Of a DNA stretch of 43,506 nt, positions 1 to 9,911 are shown piece after piece (position 1 is the first letter of the stretch; each line of letters opens with the position of its first letter). The stretch is from the IMG/VR virus record IMGVR_UViG_3300033485_000037, positions 1-43,506 of that record. One strand, given 5' to 3'. The stretch is from a virus. Its lineage: Duplodnaviria; Caudoviricetes. The notes below the pieces were generated by a model that was not told the origin of the DNA, did no database searches, and saw only the letters and a list, made by a program, of their open reading frames with translations. The position numbers and the translations under genes are program-made.

Positions 1-65
1 GGAAGAAATCCAAGGGCAGGTATCGGTGTATCAGAAACTCGCTACCCGCGCATTGGAGATCGGCA
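1..65. repeat. Terminal direct repeat, left copy (circular or permuted genome overlap)
   Basis: 1-65 matches 43442-43506 except position 13 (CAA vs CAG, both Gln). Confidence 0.95.
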
Positions 66-625
66 CGGAATTGGGATATGACGAATCTCAAATCCGCGAT
101 GCTTTAGCCGAAGACCCGGACGGCACCATTGCTTTTCTCAGAAACAAGCAATCAGAAGCGGAAAAAAACAGCGGGCAGCCTCCCGACATCAAAAAGCTCT
201 TGAAGGAAGAGCTATCGAAGGAGCTGAAACCGTTCTATCAGGAGCGCGAACAGCAAGCTATTGAAAAGGCGCATGCGCTCTTCGATACCGCTTTCGATGC
301 CCAAATAAGCGAGTTGTTCAAGGATGAGAAACTTTCATCGGATGAGCTGGATTTCCTGTACGACTCGGCTTTCTATCTCCTGGAGCGCGATCCTGCCATT
401 GTGAAGCAGATCAAGGCGGGCCAAGCCTCCGGAGTAGCAAAGCTGGTTGCAACGGCAAAGACGGCATTCGATAAAGCCTATCTCGCCCGCAACACTCGTG
501 AAACTGAGCGCATTGGCGGACCGAAACCGGCCACCGGGGAAAAGCCAGGAGAAAAGAAGTTCACGATTGATGACATAATTCAGGGCAATTTCCCGGAGTC
601 GATAAAGTTCCCCAATAGTGCCTGA
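2..625 (+). CDS. Capsid scaffolding protein, C-terminal part (begins at 43221)
   Basis: In frame with the ORF starting at 43221 across the overlap; helical and charged; directly upstream of the capsid gene. Confidence 0.65.
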   Translation, partial: EEIQGQVSVYQKLATRALEIGTELGYDESQIRDALAEDPDGTIAFLRNKQSEAEKNSGQPPDIKKLLKEELSKELKPFYQEREQQAIEKAHALFDTAFDAQISELFKDEKLSSDELDFLYDSAFYLLERDPAIVKQIKAGQASGVAKLVATAKTAFDKAYLARNTRETERIGGPKPATGEKPGEKKFTIDDIIQGNFPESIKFPNSA

Positions 626-635
626 GGAATGATAA

Positions 636-1937
636 ATGCCAGTTACAACTTCTAACTTTGCTGCAAACATGAAAATTGTTTACGGCGCGATTCAGGATCA
701 GATCAGCACCGAGGCCGCTTTTATGAATCTTCTGGGCGATGGCTCGAAATTCGGTCGGCCGGTGAACAATCTCGGCTCAAAAGGCTACGTCTTTGAGGCC
801 AGGTTGCGTCCAAACTTCAACATGGGGTTTAGAATTGAATCCGCGACTGCCGGTGTAGGCACTTCGGGAAATCAAGGCTTGGAAAACTCCACGGTTTATC
901 TCAAATACGGGTATGTGCCTGAAGTCATTACCGGGCAAGCCGATGTGCTGAGCAAGGGCGATGCGCGCGCCTTTATGCAAGCCAAGGCTTTGCAGCTCAA
1001 GTATGACATCAAGGACTTCGTTTCCCATTGCAACGTGGTCGCAGTAGGGGCGGAACGAGGCGGACAGTTGGCCACTGTCGCCGCAGCTCCGGCTCCTTCA
1101 TCCACCGTGTTTTATGCCGACGATGCGGGATACCTGCCCGGGGCGCTGTATCTCAGGATCGGCATGCCGATTGACACCAATACCGTGGGCGGGGCGGCAC
1201 TCACTGTCAGCTCTGAAACGATTACGGCGATCAATTACGCTACCCGGGCCGTGACCAAAACCACGACAACCGGAACGCCGATAGCCGCAGAGGGCGTACA
1301 CCTCGGCGGTGAAGCGGCGCTGACCAGCGGCACTTTCCCCTACACGATGGAAGGCTTGATGTCCATTGTGACCGATAGCGGAGCATTGCAGGGGCTTAAT
1401 CCTGCAACTTCCGGCCAGGAATCGTGGAAAGCGTTTGTTCAGGATGCGGCAGGCGATACGCTCACAAGCGCAGCCATTCACAGGCTGCGGCAGTTCGTGA
1501 AGAATCGCTCCGGCTTGAATCCCGACTTCTTCCTGTTCCCATCGGCTCAAGTGTCTGAAATGGTGAAATTTGCCACTCAGAACTATCGTTTTGAGACAAA
1601 CGGCGCAAAGGGAATCGGCAAGAAAGCCCTCGATGTGGGCTACGACGTATTCGAATACGCCGGGATACCGATCATTGAGGACAAAGACGCCCGCCCGGAT
1701 CGTATCGTATGCGGGGTGTCTGACACGATGAAGAAGTTTGAGGCTCTGCCGCTTCAACTCCTGGAGAATGAGGCGGGAGCATGGACCCGAATCATAGCCA
1801 CAACCGGCATCGTTGATGCGGTTGCGGCCTTGCTCGGAACCTATCTGAATATCGGAACATTGCAGCGGTCAGCCTGGGGCATGATTAAAGGGCTCTATGC
1901 CGACGATGTCTGGTATCAGAATCCTCAGACCGTGTAA
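636..1937 (+). CDS. Major capsid protein (probable)
   Basis: 433 aa, follows scaffold, GAGGA RBS; size, position and C-terminal 'FEYAGIPIIED' segment fit HK97-fold capsids. Confidence 0.75.
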   Translation: MPVTTSNFAANMKIVYGAIQDQISTEAAFMNLLGDGSKFGRPVNNLGSKGYVFEARLRPNFNMGFRIESATAGVGTSGNQGLENSTVYLKYGYVPEVITGQADVLSKGDARAFMQAKALQLKYDIKDFVSHCNVVAVGAERGGQLATVAAAPAPSSTVFYADDAGYLPGALYLRIGMPIDTNTVGGAALTVSSETITAINYATRAVTKTTTTGTPIAAEGVHLGGEAALTSGTFPYTMEGLMSIVTDSGALQGLNPATSGQESWKAFVQDAAGDTLTSAAIHRLRQFVKNRSGLNPDFFLFPSAQVSEMVKFATQNYRFETNGAKGIGKKALDVGYDVFEYAGIPIIEDKDARPDRIVCGVSDTMKKFEALPLQLLENEAGAWTRIIATTGIVDAVAALLGTYLNIGTLQRSAWGMIKGLYADDVWYQNPQTV

Positions 1938-1940
1938 TTT

Positions 1941-2024
1941 GAGATAGAAAAATTCAATCTCGGGATAGAAATAAAGTATCTGGAGATAGAAACGAAGTAT
2001 CTCGGGATAGAAAAATTCTATCTC
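1941..2024. repeat. Four tandem 21-bp imperfect palindromes
   Basis: GAGATAGAAAAATTCAATCTC / GGGATAGAAATAAAGTATCTG / GAGATAGAAACGAAGTATCTC / GGGATAGAAAAATTCTATCTC. Confidence 0.95.
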
Positions 2025-2042
2025 AGTTTAAGGCTTTTCCCA

Positions 2043-2126
2043 CAGCCGTAGAGTTAGTTCTATGGCTGCCTCCGGGGAGAGGGGCTGCCGCGCCTTTCCA
2101 GCTCCTCTCCTTCGCGAGAGAAGGAG
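2043..2126 (+). promoter_or_regulatory. Structured RNA leader with RBS-sequestering hairpin
   Basis: Stems CAGCCGTAGA/TCTATGGCTG, GGAGAGGGGCTG/CAGCTCCTCTCC and CTCCTTC/GAAGGAG. Confidence 0.5.
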
Positions 2127-2129
2127 TGT

Positions 2130-2744
2130 ATGCAACACATTGATAGCGAATGTAATGCCATGATGGACGTGGCGGCCGCTTTGACGGCCGAACAGATAAG
2201 CGTTTGGCCTAGAGTCAGGGAAGCGATCATGGGACGCTTGCAGATGCTTGAAGCCGGAGTGATGCAGGCTCCCCGATGGATGCAGAAGCGCCTTGAGGAA
2301 CTGGACCCTCTGCTTAATCTGAGATGGGATTTTTGGGAAGGCTCCTGGGTGGTTGACAGGTTCACCCGGGTTGAAGGCTGTTGGACGCCTGTATGTATCT
2401 GGAAAGATGAAAATGGACCGAAAAGACTTGATTTGAGTTTGATTGAAACGCTGCAGGACGGTGATATGTGGCGGTTTGCCAACTACAAGGAATACCTGGC
2501 CTATAAACGAGAGAAGTCCCGCTTGATACGCGAGAGGAACCGCAAGGCAGGGGAAGATAAGGTTTTAGAGGCAGTAGGCAAACTCAGCCGTAAAGATATG
2601 GCTGAATTTCTGGAAGTGGGAACGGCTCTCAAGACAGGAGAAACAATCGAATGTCATGGGAACGATGAGCATTTTTTCCGGCACTATAACGAAGGCGCAA
2701 AGTCCGCTATAGCCGCCGATTATCAAAATAACAGGAGGATTTGA
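2130..2744 (+). CDS. Hypothetical phage protein
   Basis: 204 aa ORF with GAAGGAG RBS in the late operon. Confidence 0.75.
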   Translation: MQHIDSECNAMMDVAAALTAEQISVWPRVREAIMGRLQMLEAGVMQAPRWMQKRLEELDPLLNLRWDFWEGSWVVDRFTRVEGCWTPVCIWKDENGPKRLDLSLIETLQDGDMWRFANYKEYLAYKREKSRLIRERNRKAGEDKVLEAVGKLSRKDMAEFLEVGTALKTGETIECHGNDEHFFRHYNEGAKSAIAADYQNNRRI

Positions 2745-2746
2745 AT

Positions 2747-3295
2747 ATGTGGCTGTTACAGGCAGGGAAAGAGAATATTACCGAACAGGTAAGCGGGGTG
2801 GGATTGTTCGTATTCCCGCCGGAGGAAGCAATTGAGGTCAAAGACGATTATCTCGCCAGAACCATTCTGGAACATAAACGGCTCGAAGGACTCGTTGAAG
2901 TGCCGATCATTAGGGACAAACGAGGCGTTTCCTTCGACATAGATACCGCAATGAAGAACGCAAAAGCAGCTCTGGCTAAAGGCCGCGCCGAAATGGTGAA
3001 ACAGTACATTCACGATCAGCGGGAAGACCGAATCAGGCAGGGGAAGCCTCCGCTTCCTCCAAGCCCGAAGGTGATGAGGATCATCGAGGAAGAAGGGATC
3101 GACCTGGCCGCGGAAGGAATCAACATCTCCGGAGCCGGATTCAAGGTGCAGAATCAGCAGGCTGAAGTGCTTGCCAAGATGGAGAAGATGGAAAGCACCA
3201 TGACGCAGCTCATGGAGCAGAACGCGCTTCTGGCCGAGCAGAACAGGATGCTTAAAGAGCAGATCGAAACGAAAGGCAGAAAGGCGGCTTCGTAA
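2747..3295 (+). CDS. Hypothetical protein with C-terminal coiled coil
   Basis: AGGAGG 8 nt upstream of ATG 2747. Confidence 0.7.
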   Translation: MWLLQAGKENITEQVSGVGLFVFPPEEAIEVKDDYLARTILEHKRLEGLVEVPIIRDKRGVSFDIDTAMKNAKAALAKGRAEMVKQYIHDQREDRIRQGKPPLPPSPKVMRIIEEEGIDLAAEGINISGAGFKVQNQQAEVLAKMEKMESTMTQLMEQNALLAEQNRMLKEQIETKGRKAAS

Positions 3296-3693
3296 TGGAT
3301 CTTGAAATGATGAGAGCCGATTGCGTCCGCTGGTTGCGCGAAGGCGTGTCGGTTGAAATAGCCAACGATGCGATCAACGATGGGATAGAGAGCCTCTGGC
3401 AAAGCCTGATAACGGCAAATGTCGGGGAGTACATTTCCAGAAAGCCCGCGCGGTTGACCGGCAATGACGAATTTATCCCATTTGATGAGCTGTCGGCTCT
3501 CCGTTTCATTCGCTATTACACGATCAGTTTTCTGTTTCTGAGCGTGTTTGAGTTCGATGCCAGCGCGGAATGGATGCGGCGGGCGGAAATGGCGAGATTG
3601 CAGGCCGTGCAGGAAGTGCGGCAATCCAGCCGCCGCGATGAAACCATAACAGCCTACGACCCCTTTGCTTTGGGAGATTCAATACCAAGATAA
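3295..3693 (+). CDS. Putative head-tail adaptor
   Basis: Helical 132 aa protein immediately before the nozzle gene; 'ANDAINDG' resembles adaptor N-termini; mainly positional. Confidence 0.45.
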   Translation: MDLEMMRADCVRWLREGVSVEIANDAINDGIESLWQSLITANVGEYISRKPARLTGNDEFIPFDELSALRFIRYYTISFLFLSVFEFDASAEWMRRAEMARLQAVQEVRQSSRRDETITAYDPFALGDSIPR

Positions 3694-5945
3694 TGGCTAG
3701 ACGATTAAGCACCAAAACGATCAACCGGTTCAAGGGAATCAATGCCTGGGAAAGCGTTGCGATAGTCAAGCCCGATGAGGCTATCGACTGCTGCAATGTG
3801 TTTATCAGCGGCTCGGGCGGATTGGAAAAGATGAGGGCGCCGGTTGACTTGTCTGAGCAAGTCCCCAATCTGACAGGGATCGGGAATATCGTCAACTATC
3901 AGAATGCTTTAGGAATAAGGCAGGTTATTGCGGTGTTTGAGGGCTATTTCTACAAGTTCGATCTCGATACCTACGCGGCCACGCAGATTGAATACAACGC
4001 GCTTAATTCCGGAGTGACTTCATTCACTCAGAGCAATAACATAATGTTCATGGCGAACGGCTCCCGCATGATGAAGTGGACGGGAACGGCTCTACAGAAT
4101 TGGGGCATAGCGCAACCGGCGGCTCCGTCTGTGAGCCTGAGCACTATACCAAGCGTGGCCGATCCCGCCGTTGCTCCAACTCTGACGATTATATACCCCG
4201 GCAGTTATTACGGCTATCATTCCAGAACTTACAATGTGACCTATACCTGGGTGAATGGAATCGGTGAAACGCTTCAATCGACTCCCGCCGCTTTAGCTCT
4301 TGCATCGAATCAAAGGTTGAGGATTACCGTCCCGGCTCCTCCAGCTGGCGTTACGGGATACCGATTATATCTTGATCCTCTTGGCGCTGCGGCTAGAAAG
4401 CGAATTGACTCTGAACGCCTTGAGGCGCTTGGCAATTCCAATCCTATTTCAACTACCATATTAACCGTCGATGAGCCAGGTCCGTTTATGTGGGAGGATT
4501 TTCTTACGGATGACGATCCGCCTGTCCTAAATACCACGGGATCGGGCAGGATTATGACAACGGGACGGTCCTATAGAGTAGCCTATGGCAATTCGGTGAC
4601 AGGCCACGTAGGGGCTGCAAGCGATCCTTCCGCCTCCACCGGCGCAATAACAAATACGGATCAGATAGACATAACCGTAACGACTCCCACGGACACGCAA
4701 TGCGATCAGATATGGATATTCTCCACGATGGATGGCGGCGGAGACTACTATCTGCTTCCAAACCCAAACTCAACGGATGGCAGCTTCACTCCGTCGGTAG
4801 AGGATAAAACGACAATTATTGATTGGGTGGCCGATGAGGATTTGAACAAAGCCATTATCGCTCCGTTGCTTAACTTCCCTCCGCCTGTGGGCAAGTATGC
4901 CTGTGAATGGGGTGGGCGAATATTCGTTTCCAACCTGGCGAACAGCAAGCAGGAAATAGCCTATTCCGGCTACGAGCGCATCTATCTCGGCAGGCCGGAA
5001 GAATCCTTTCCTCCAAACAACAGGTTAAGGCTCGCCATAGGGTCCGATGAGATTTCCGGGCATGGGGTGATACAGGCTGGCATAGTGGCATTTTCCATCA
5101 GCAACGAAATGTTTATGCTGCGCGGCACGGTAACGGATAAATCCACCGATGCCCCCGTCGAATACTTGGCGGAACTGGAAAAACTTCCGTGGAATACCGG
5201 CTGCGCCAGCCACTTTTCCATCGCCCGATCGCCTTACGGTCTTATCTGGCTGGCAAGCGATAAGACAATCAAAATCTATAACGGCATAGGTGCGCCGTTG
5301 ACATTGGCCGGAGGCTTACTTCCGTATTTACGCCGAATCACTCCGGGGACCGAAAATGATTGTCGAGGCGCATTTTACTGCTTCCTGGAGCGTGAATGGT
5401 ATCTGCTGCTATGCAGCCTGGACGGATCTCCGGCCAAAAACTATATCTTTGTTGTCGATCTCGAGCCCGACATGGACAAGAACGTGGGCGGCTTCCCGCT
5501 CAACGTGCAGGCCGATGCGATGGACATGGTTGAAGATGTTCATGGAATCAATCACCTGGTAATCATGCAGAACGGCTATGCAAAGGAACTGATTATCAAT
5601 AGCGACACCACCGGGGCTATCAGCGTGGAATATTCCCAAACTTCAACCATAGTGCCTGCCTTTTGGCGAAGCGGTTACTTCGGCAACGAAAGCCCGGACA
5701 CCATCAAGCTATTCCGTTTCGGGAAACTTGAAACCGATCAGCTCGGATTCAGCCTGCAGCATTACCTTGTGGACGGCAATTTCCGCAATCCCGAGATCGT
5801 GCCTTTCAGCATGCTTATGGGACAGCACTTCGAGATCAATCAGAAAAACCGCAGGCTGTCGACCGAGATCAAGTTTCCGGAAGAAGATGTTGCCGCCAAT
5901 GTTCTGGGATTGTCGATTACGCATATAAAAACGAGTGAGCGATGA
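3693..5945 (+). CDS. Tail nozzle / packaged-DNA stabilization protein (P22 gp10 or tail tubular B-like)
   Basis: 750 aa, beta-rich; 'FKGIN..AIDCCNV', 'GRIFVS', 'TGCASHFSI', 'LIWLASD' pattern of podovirus nozzles. Confidence 0.65.
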   Translation: MARRLSTKTINRFKGINAWESVAIVKPDEAIDCCNVFISGSGGLEKMRAPVDLSEQVPNLTGIGNIVNYQNALGIRQVIAVFEGYFYKFDLDTYAATQIEYNALNSGVTSFTQSNNIMFMANGSRMMKWTGTALQNWGIAQPAAPSVSLSTIPSVADPAVAPTLTIIYPGSYYGYHSRTYNVTYTWVNGIGETLQSTPAALALASNQRLRITVPAPPAGVTGYRLYLDPLGAAARKRIDSERLEALGNSNPISTTILTVDEPGPFMWEDFLTDDDPPVLNTTGSGRIMTTGRSYRVAYGNSVTGHVGAASDPSASTGAITNTDQIDITVTTPTDTQCDQIWIFSTMDGGGDYYLLPNPNSTDGSFTPSVEDKTTIIDWVADEDLNKAIIAPLLNFPPPVGKYACEWGGRIFVSNLANSKQEIAYSGYERIYLGRPEESFPPNNRLRLAIGSDEISGHGVIQAGIVAFSISNEMFMLRGTVTDKSTDAPVEYLAELEKLPWNTGCASHFSIARSPYGLIWLASDKTIKIYNGIGAPLTLAGGLLPYLRRITPGTENDCRGAFYCFLEREWYLLLCSLDGSPAKNYIFVVDLEPDMDKNVGGFPLNVQADAMDMVEDVHGINHLVIMQNGYAKELIINSDTTGAISVEYSQTSTIVPAFWRSGYFGNESPDTIKLFRFGKLETDQLGFSLQHYLVDGNFRNPEIVPFSMLMGQHFEINQKNRRLSTEIKFPEEDVAANVLGLSITHIKTSER

Positions 5946-6403
5946 AAATCAGCGAAATTCCGAGTCAGATGGATTGGAAGACATTGCGGAAGATTCTCGT
6001 TGAGATGCGCTCCGGGATTCATTCTGTGGCCGCCGTGACCGATCCTCCAAGGCCGGTGAAGAACCTGACTGCAACCGCTATGGCAGGCTCGATTCTCATT
6101 ATGTTCACCCGAACCGATGGTGATAACTACGTGTTATATTGGAACACGACTCCTTCCTTGAACGGTTCCACTCGCATTGAATTGGGCAACAGAGGGGAAT
6201 ACACGGACAATATCGGCGATGCCGGAATCAAACGCTATTATTTTGTCAGAGCCAAAAAGAGAAATGGCATGGAAAGCTCTATCGTCGGTCCCGTTTTCGC
6301 CACTTCGTTGGCTCTCAACATAACAATTACTCCGCCGACTCGCCCGCCTGCCGTAGATGAATTCGTAAGGTCGGACGAAGTAGGCTATCCAGTGGAGCAA
6401 TAA
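5942..6403 (+). CDS. Virion protein with FN3/Ig-like domain
   Basis: 'PPRPVKNLTATA...YVLYW...YTD...YYFVRAK' FN3-like pattern. Confidence 0.55.
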   Translation: MKISEIPSQMDWKTLRKILVEMRSGIHSVAAVTDPPRPVKNLTATAMAGSILIMFTRTDGDNYVLYWNTTPSLNGSTRIELGNRGEYTDNIGDAGIKRYYFVRAKKRNGMESSIVGPVFATSLALNITITPPTRPPAVDEFVRSDEVGYPVEQ

Positions 6404-6404
6404 C

Positions 6405-7004
6405 ATGGGATTCAAATATGGTGCAAATTACATGGGGGGCATAGGGAAGGAACAGTTGAATGCCCAAAGAAAGAATCTATGGTCGTCCTCTCAGGCTTTG
6501 GGAACAATGACGGGGCTTGCCGACAAGACTGCGAGCACGGTCAATCCTATGGCCGAATACTACATGAATCCCGAAGGCTGGAAGCGCACTCAGACCGTCC
6601 AGCGGACCGGGGACACTACGAGGAGTTTCAATAATGCCCTGTCTCAAAGCAGATTAAGGGCGAGAATGTCCGGATTCGGGTATGAGCAGCCTGCAGAGCA
6701 GATGGGCGAAACCAATATCGAGAATGCTCGAGCGTCGGCATTGGCCAGAATCCCCGGCGATGTGGAAGCAGAATCCGTTCCAATAGCATTCCAGGGGATG
6801 CAAACTCGATTGGGTTCAGGACAGCAACAGGCTGGAGCTTATGGAACTGCCGCGGCAGGACAGTTAGGGATAGCGGGAACGCTTAATCCTCTAGGGTATT
6901 TCGAGAACGCAGCCATACAGAATGAGCAGGAACAGGCCCGTAAAAGAGCATTGTGGCAATCGCTACTTCAATCAGGAGCTAACATTGCCGGAAGCTTCAT
7001 TTGA
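6405..7004 (+). CDS. Putative DNA ejection / internal virion protein
   Basis: Gly/Ala/Gln-rich; position after nozzle as for P22 gp7. Confidence 0.5.
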   Translation: MGFKYGANYMGGIGKEQLNAQRKNLWSSSQALGTMTGLADKTASTVNPMAEYYMNPEGWKRTQTVQRTGDTTRSFNNALSQSRLRARMSGFGYEQPAEQMGETNIENARASALARIPGDVEAESVPIAFQGMQTRLGSGQQQAGAYGTAAAGQLGIAGTLNPLGYFENAAIQNEQEQARKRALWQSLLQSGANIAGSFI

Positions 7005-7023
7005 TTACTAAGGAGCTGTCATC

Positions 7024-8406
7024 ATGGGCGGATTAAGTTTATATCCTACGGGTCGCAAGCGTTCCGAAGTCTTGCTCGATGATTTGTTTCGGAATGGATT
7101 CAGAAATCCCTTTGCCAACCAACAGGAAGAAGCGCGGGAGCCTGGGCCGGAGGATTTGCAGCAGGACGCCGCTCCTCCGCCCGCTCCTCCGTCCATCCCG
7201 TTTGAAGGCCCGCTTCCTCCAACCAGGGCCGAACGCATGGAGCAGGAATTAAACGCCCAACCTTCGCGTCTCAGACGGATTCTAGGGGCCGCAGTGCCAG
7301 CGGCGGGCATAGCATTAGGAGCCGCATTCGGCGGTCAGGCGGGAACCACAGGAGCCGCGCAGGGAGTGAATGAGTCCCTTGATCGGGAGTCAATCCTTGA
7401 AGCGAATCGCAAGAAAACGCTTATGGAGCAGATACAGGCTGAAAGAGAACGGGAAGACCGGCAAGCGCAGAATGAAGCGGTTCTGAATCAAAGAGTGGCG
7501 GAGATGAATCAATCTGCGGAACAGGGGAGATTAGGGCGGGAGAATGCATTAACGATTGCAAGGATCAGAGACACAGAGCCACAACCAGGAAGGGATATTC
7601 CATTCAGTCCGGAAGTAATGGAGCAGCAGCTTCAATTAAAAGCACCCGCTCCAGTTGCAGGGCGGGATATACCGCTACCTGAAGCCGTTGCTACGCAGCG
7701 AAAAGAATTGAATGCTCCGCATCCAGTGCCAGGAAGAGATATACCGCTACCCCTGGACGTTGAAGCGCAACGAGCAAAACTAAATGCCTCCAGGGCGCAA
7801 TTAAACGGACTTGCTCCACAACAATTCAACAAGGTCCAAGCACTCGCTTCTCAATTCGATTCGAATCCGGTCATCAAGGATTTCAATGTCACATCCAATA
7901 AATATGCAACAGTAAAACAAATCCTCGAAAGGCCGCTCGGCGGCCCTTCGGACTTGGCCCTTGTCTTTGAGTTCATGAAAGGACTCGATCCGACATCCGT
8001 TGTCAGAGAATCAGAATACGAAACGGCGGCAAAATCCGGAAATATTTTTAAAGGCATTTACGCCAAATTCAATGGATACCTGAAAGCGGAAGGAGGGTTT
8101 TTGCCTCCAGAAGTGAAGAGATCGTTCTTAGGGATTCTCAGGCAAAAACTAAATTCTTCCTCCAAGCAAGTGAGAACGATGTACAGCGATTTTGGAAGAA
8201 GAATCGACAAAATTACAGGGCAGCCAAATACGGGGACGGAATACTTGACGGATTATGCAGCATTGATGGACACGGAATCACAAGTTCCCGAGGCCGCCAC
8301 TTCTTCCCGGAAGGCTCATTATGTCGGAGAATCTATTCTGTTAAAGGGCGGGAAGCAGGGGAAGATAACCAAAGTTTATCCTGATGGTTCATTCGATGTT
8401 CAGTGA
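7024..8406 (+). CDS. Putative DNA ejection protein with three 24-aa repeats
   Basis: Hydrophobic Gly/Ala segment, coiled coil, GRDIP repeats; AAGGAG RBS. Confidence 0.55.
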   Translation: MGGLSLYPTGRKRSEVLLDDLFRNGFRNPFANQQEEAREPGPEDLQQDAAPPPAPPSIPFEGPLPPTRAERMEQELNAQPSRLRRILGAAVPAAGIALGAAFGGQAGTTGAAQGVNESLDRESILEANRKKTLMEQIQAEREREDRQAQNEAVLNQRVAEMNQSAEQGRLGRENALTIARIRDTEPQPGRDIPFSPEVMEQQLQLKAPAPVAGRDIPLPEAVATQRKELNAPHPVPGRDIPLPLDVEAQRAKLNASRAQLNGLAPQQFNKVQALASQFDSNPVIKDFNVTSNKYATVKQILERPLGGPSDLALVFEFMKGLDPTSVVRESEYETAAKSGNIFKGIYAKFNGYLKAEGGFLPPEVKRSFLGILRQKLNSSSKQVRTMYSDFGRRIDKITGQPNTGTEYLTDYAALMDTESQVPEAATSSRKAHYVGESILLKGGKQGKITKVYPDGSFDVQ

Positions 8407-8414
8407 GGTTAAAA

Positions 8415-9911
8415 ATGCCACAGGGAAAATATTCAGATAAAGACTTGGAGCAAAAGCAGGGAGCCTATACCGACAAGGATGTTGTTTTGTCTTATCCCGC
8501 AAAACCGTCTTTGTGGCAGCAAGCTAAAGAATCAGGCAGGCAGATCGCCGGTGAGTTTGGAGATTTGGGACTTGGGTTAGCCAAAAGCGCGGCCAGTACC
8601 GTATATGGTGGGGCTAAAATGATCGGCATTCCGTTGCCCGATATGTCTCAATACACGGAACCAAAAGGAGCATACCAGAACGTCGGAAAGGTTATAGGTG
8701 ACACAGCGCAATTCTTTTTACCGGGAGCGGGAGCAACCGCCACAACAGCTAAAATAGCGTCTAAAGTTCCCGCTCTGGCAGGGCCATCCGCTAAATTAGC
8801 CACAAAAGCGGCTATTGAAGGTGCTGGCATGGGCGCGTTATCTAAAGCCCAGGGATCGAGCAACACCGGAGCTGCCGTAAATACCGCAATCGGCGCCGCC
8901 TCGCCTTATGCCGGGATTGTGGCGAGAGCGATAGCGGAAAAATGGCCCGCGGCAATCGTCAACAATATGCTTCGTCCATTCGCCAAACAATTCAGATTCG
9001 GGAAAAATCCAGGGCAGGCGGTTGTTGATGAAGGGATAGTTGCCCGGTCAATGAATAGCTTGCTGGAACAAGTAAGCGCGGCCAAAAAAGATGTTGGAAA
9101 AGAAATCGGGCAAGTGTTGGGACGCCCAAAACCACTTAAAACGAAAACGGGCGCTTATATGATGCCGCCGCCCGATCCCGGAAATATTCCGCAAATTGTC
9201 ACAAAAGAACATCCTAGCTTCAATGAATTGGAATTAGCCAAGAATCGCGGAATCATTGATAGCCTGAACCAGGCAAATAAAATAGTTCCTCAAGAGCAAG
9301 TTGGTGCCATAGATGACGCCATTGCGGAAGCTGTTAGGGGCGGTCCGACAAATCAGCCAATCGTCGATCAGTTGCTTCTTTTCAAGAAATCCATACTCAA
9401 TGAATCGAAATTGAATCCTGCGGGACAGATAGAATTCTCCGGTCCACGCGGCCCCATGACTCCAGCGGAAGCGCAAAACCTAAAGCATTCCATAGGCGAA
9501 AACACCCGCTGGACAGGAGAGGCTTACGATAAGCCCTTGAATCTGGCGAAATCAAAAACCTATGGAAAGCTTGCATCGGACGTTGAGGCAAAAGTGCCTG
9601 AAGTTGAAGATCTCAGCAGGCGCTACTCCAATTTGATGGAAGCCGAAAAGATTGCAGAACGCAGAGCGAACGCCAATCCAAATATAAGAATGAGCGAGAT
9701 CAGCGCTGGTCTGATTGGAGAGGATTTAATGCCCCATGCCGGGATTCCGGCGGCATTGACAGTGTTCGGATTGAGGACGGCTCCGGGAGCTACGATCCTA
9801 GCTCAGGGCATAAAACGCGGAACGGTGCCTGCGGGAAGAACGCTCAAGGATCTGGTGGCCGCTTTCGTTTCCCGGAATATTGGCCGTAACTCGCAACAGA
9901 TTGGACGATGA
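8415..9911 (+). CDS. Putative large DNA ejection protein
   Basis: Ala/Gly-rich helical protein, third in the ejection cluster; GAGG RBS before ATG 8415. Confidence 0.55.
   Translation: MPQGKYSDKDLEQKQGAYTDKDVVLSYPAKPSLWQQAKESGRQIAGEFGDLGLGLAKSAASTVYGGAKMIGIPLPDMSQYTEPKGAYQNVGKVIGDTAQFFLPGAGATATTAKIASKVPALAGPSAKLATKAAIEGAGMGALSKAQGSSNTGAAVNTAIGAASPYAGIVARAIAEKWPAAIVNNMLRPFAKQFRFGKNPGQAVVDEGIVARSMNSLLEQVSAAKKDVGKEIGQVLGRPKPLKTKTGAYMMPPPDPGNIPQIVTKEHPSFNELELAKNRGIIDSLNQANKIVPQEQVGAIDDAIAEAVRGGPTNQPIVDQLLLFKKSILNESKLNPAGQIEFSGPRGPMTPAEAQNLKHSIGENTRWTGEAYDKPLNLAKSKTYGKLASDVEAKVPEVEDLSRRYSNLMEAEKIAERRANANPNIRMSEISAGLIGEDLMPHAGIPAALTVFGLRTAPGATILAQGIKRGTVPAGRTLKDLVAAFVSRNIGRNSQQIGR

Noticed and set aside
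1098-1757. 219-aa minus-strand ORF
   Set aside because: Shadow of the capsid gene; the same applies to most minus-strand ORFs in the track.
1941-2024. CRISPR mini-array
   Set aside because: Units abut with no unique 25-45 bp spacers, and there is no cas operon.
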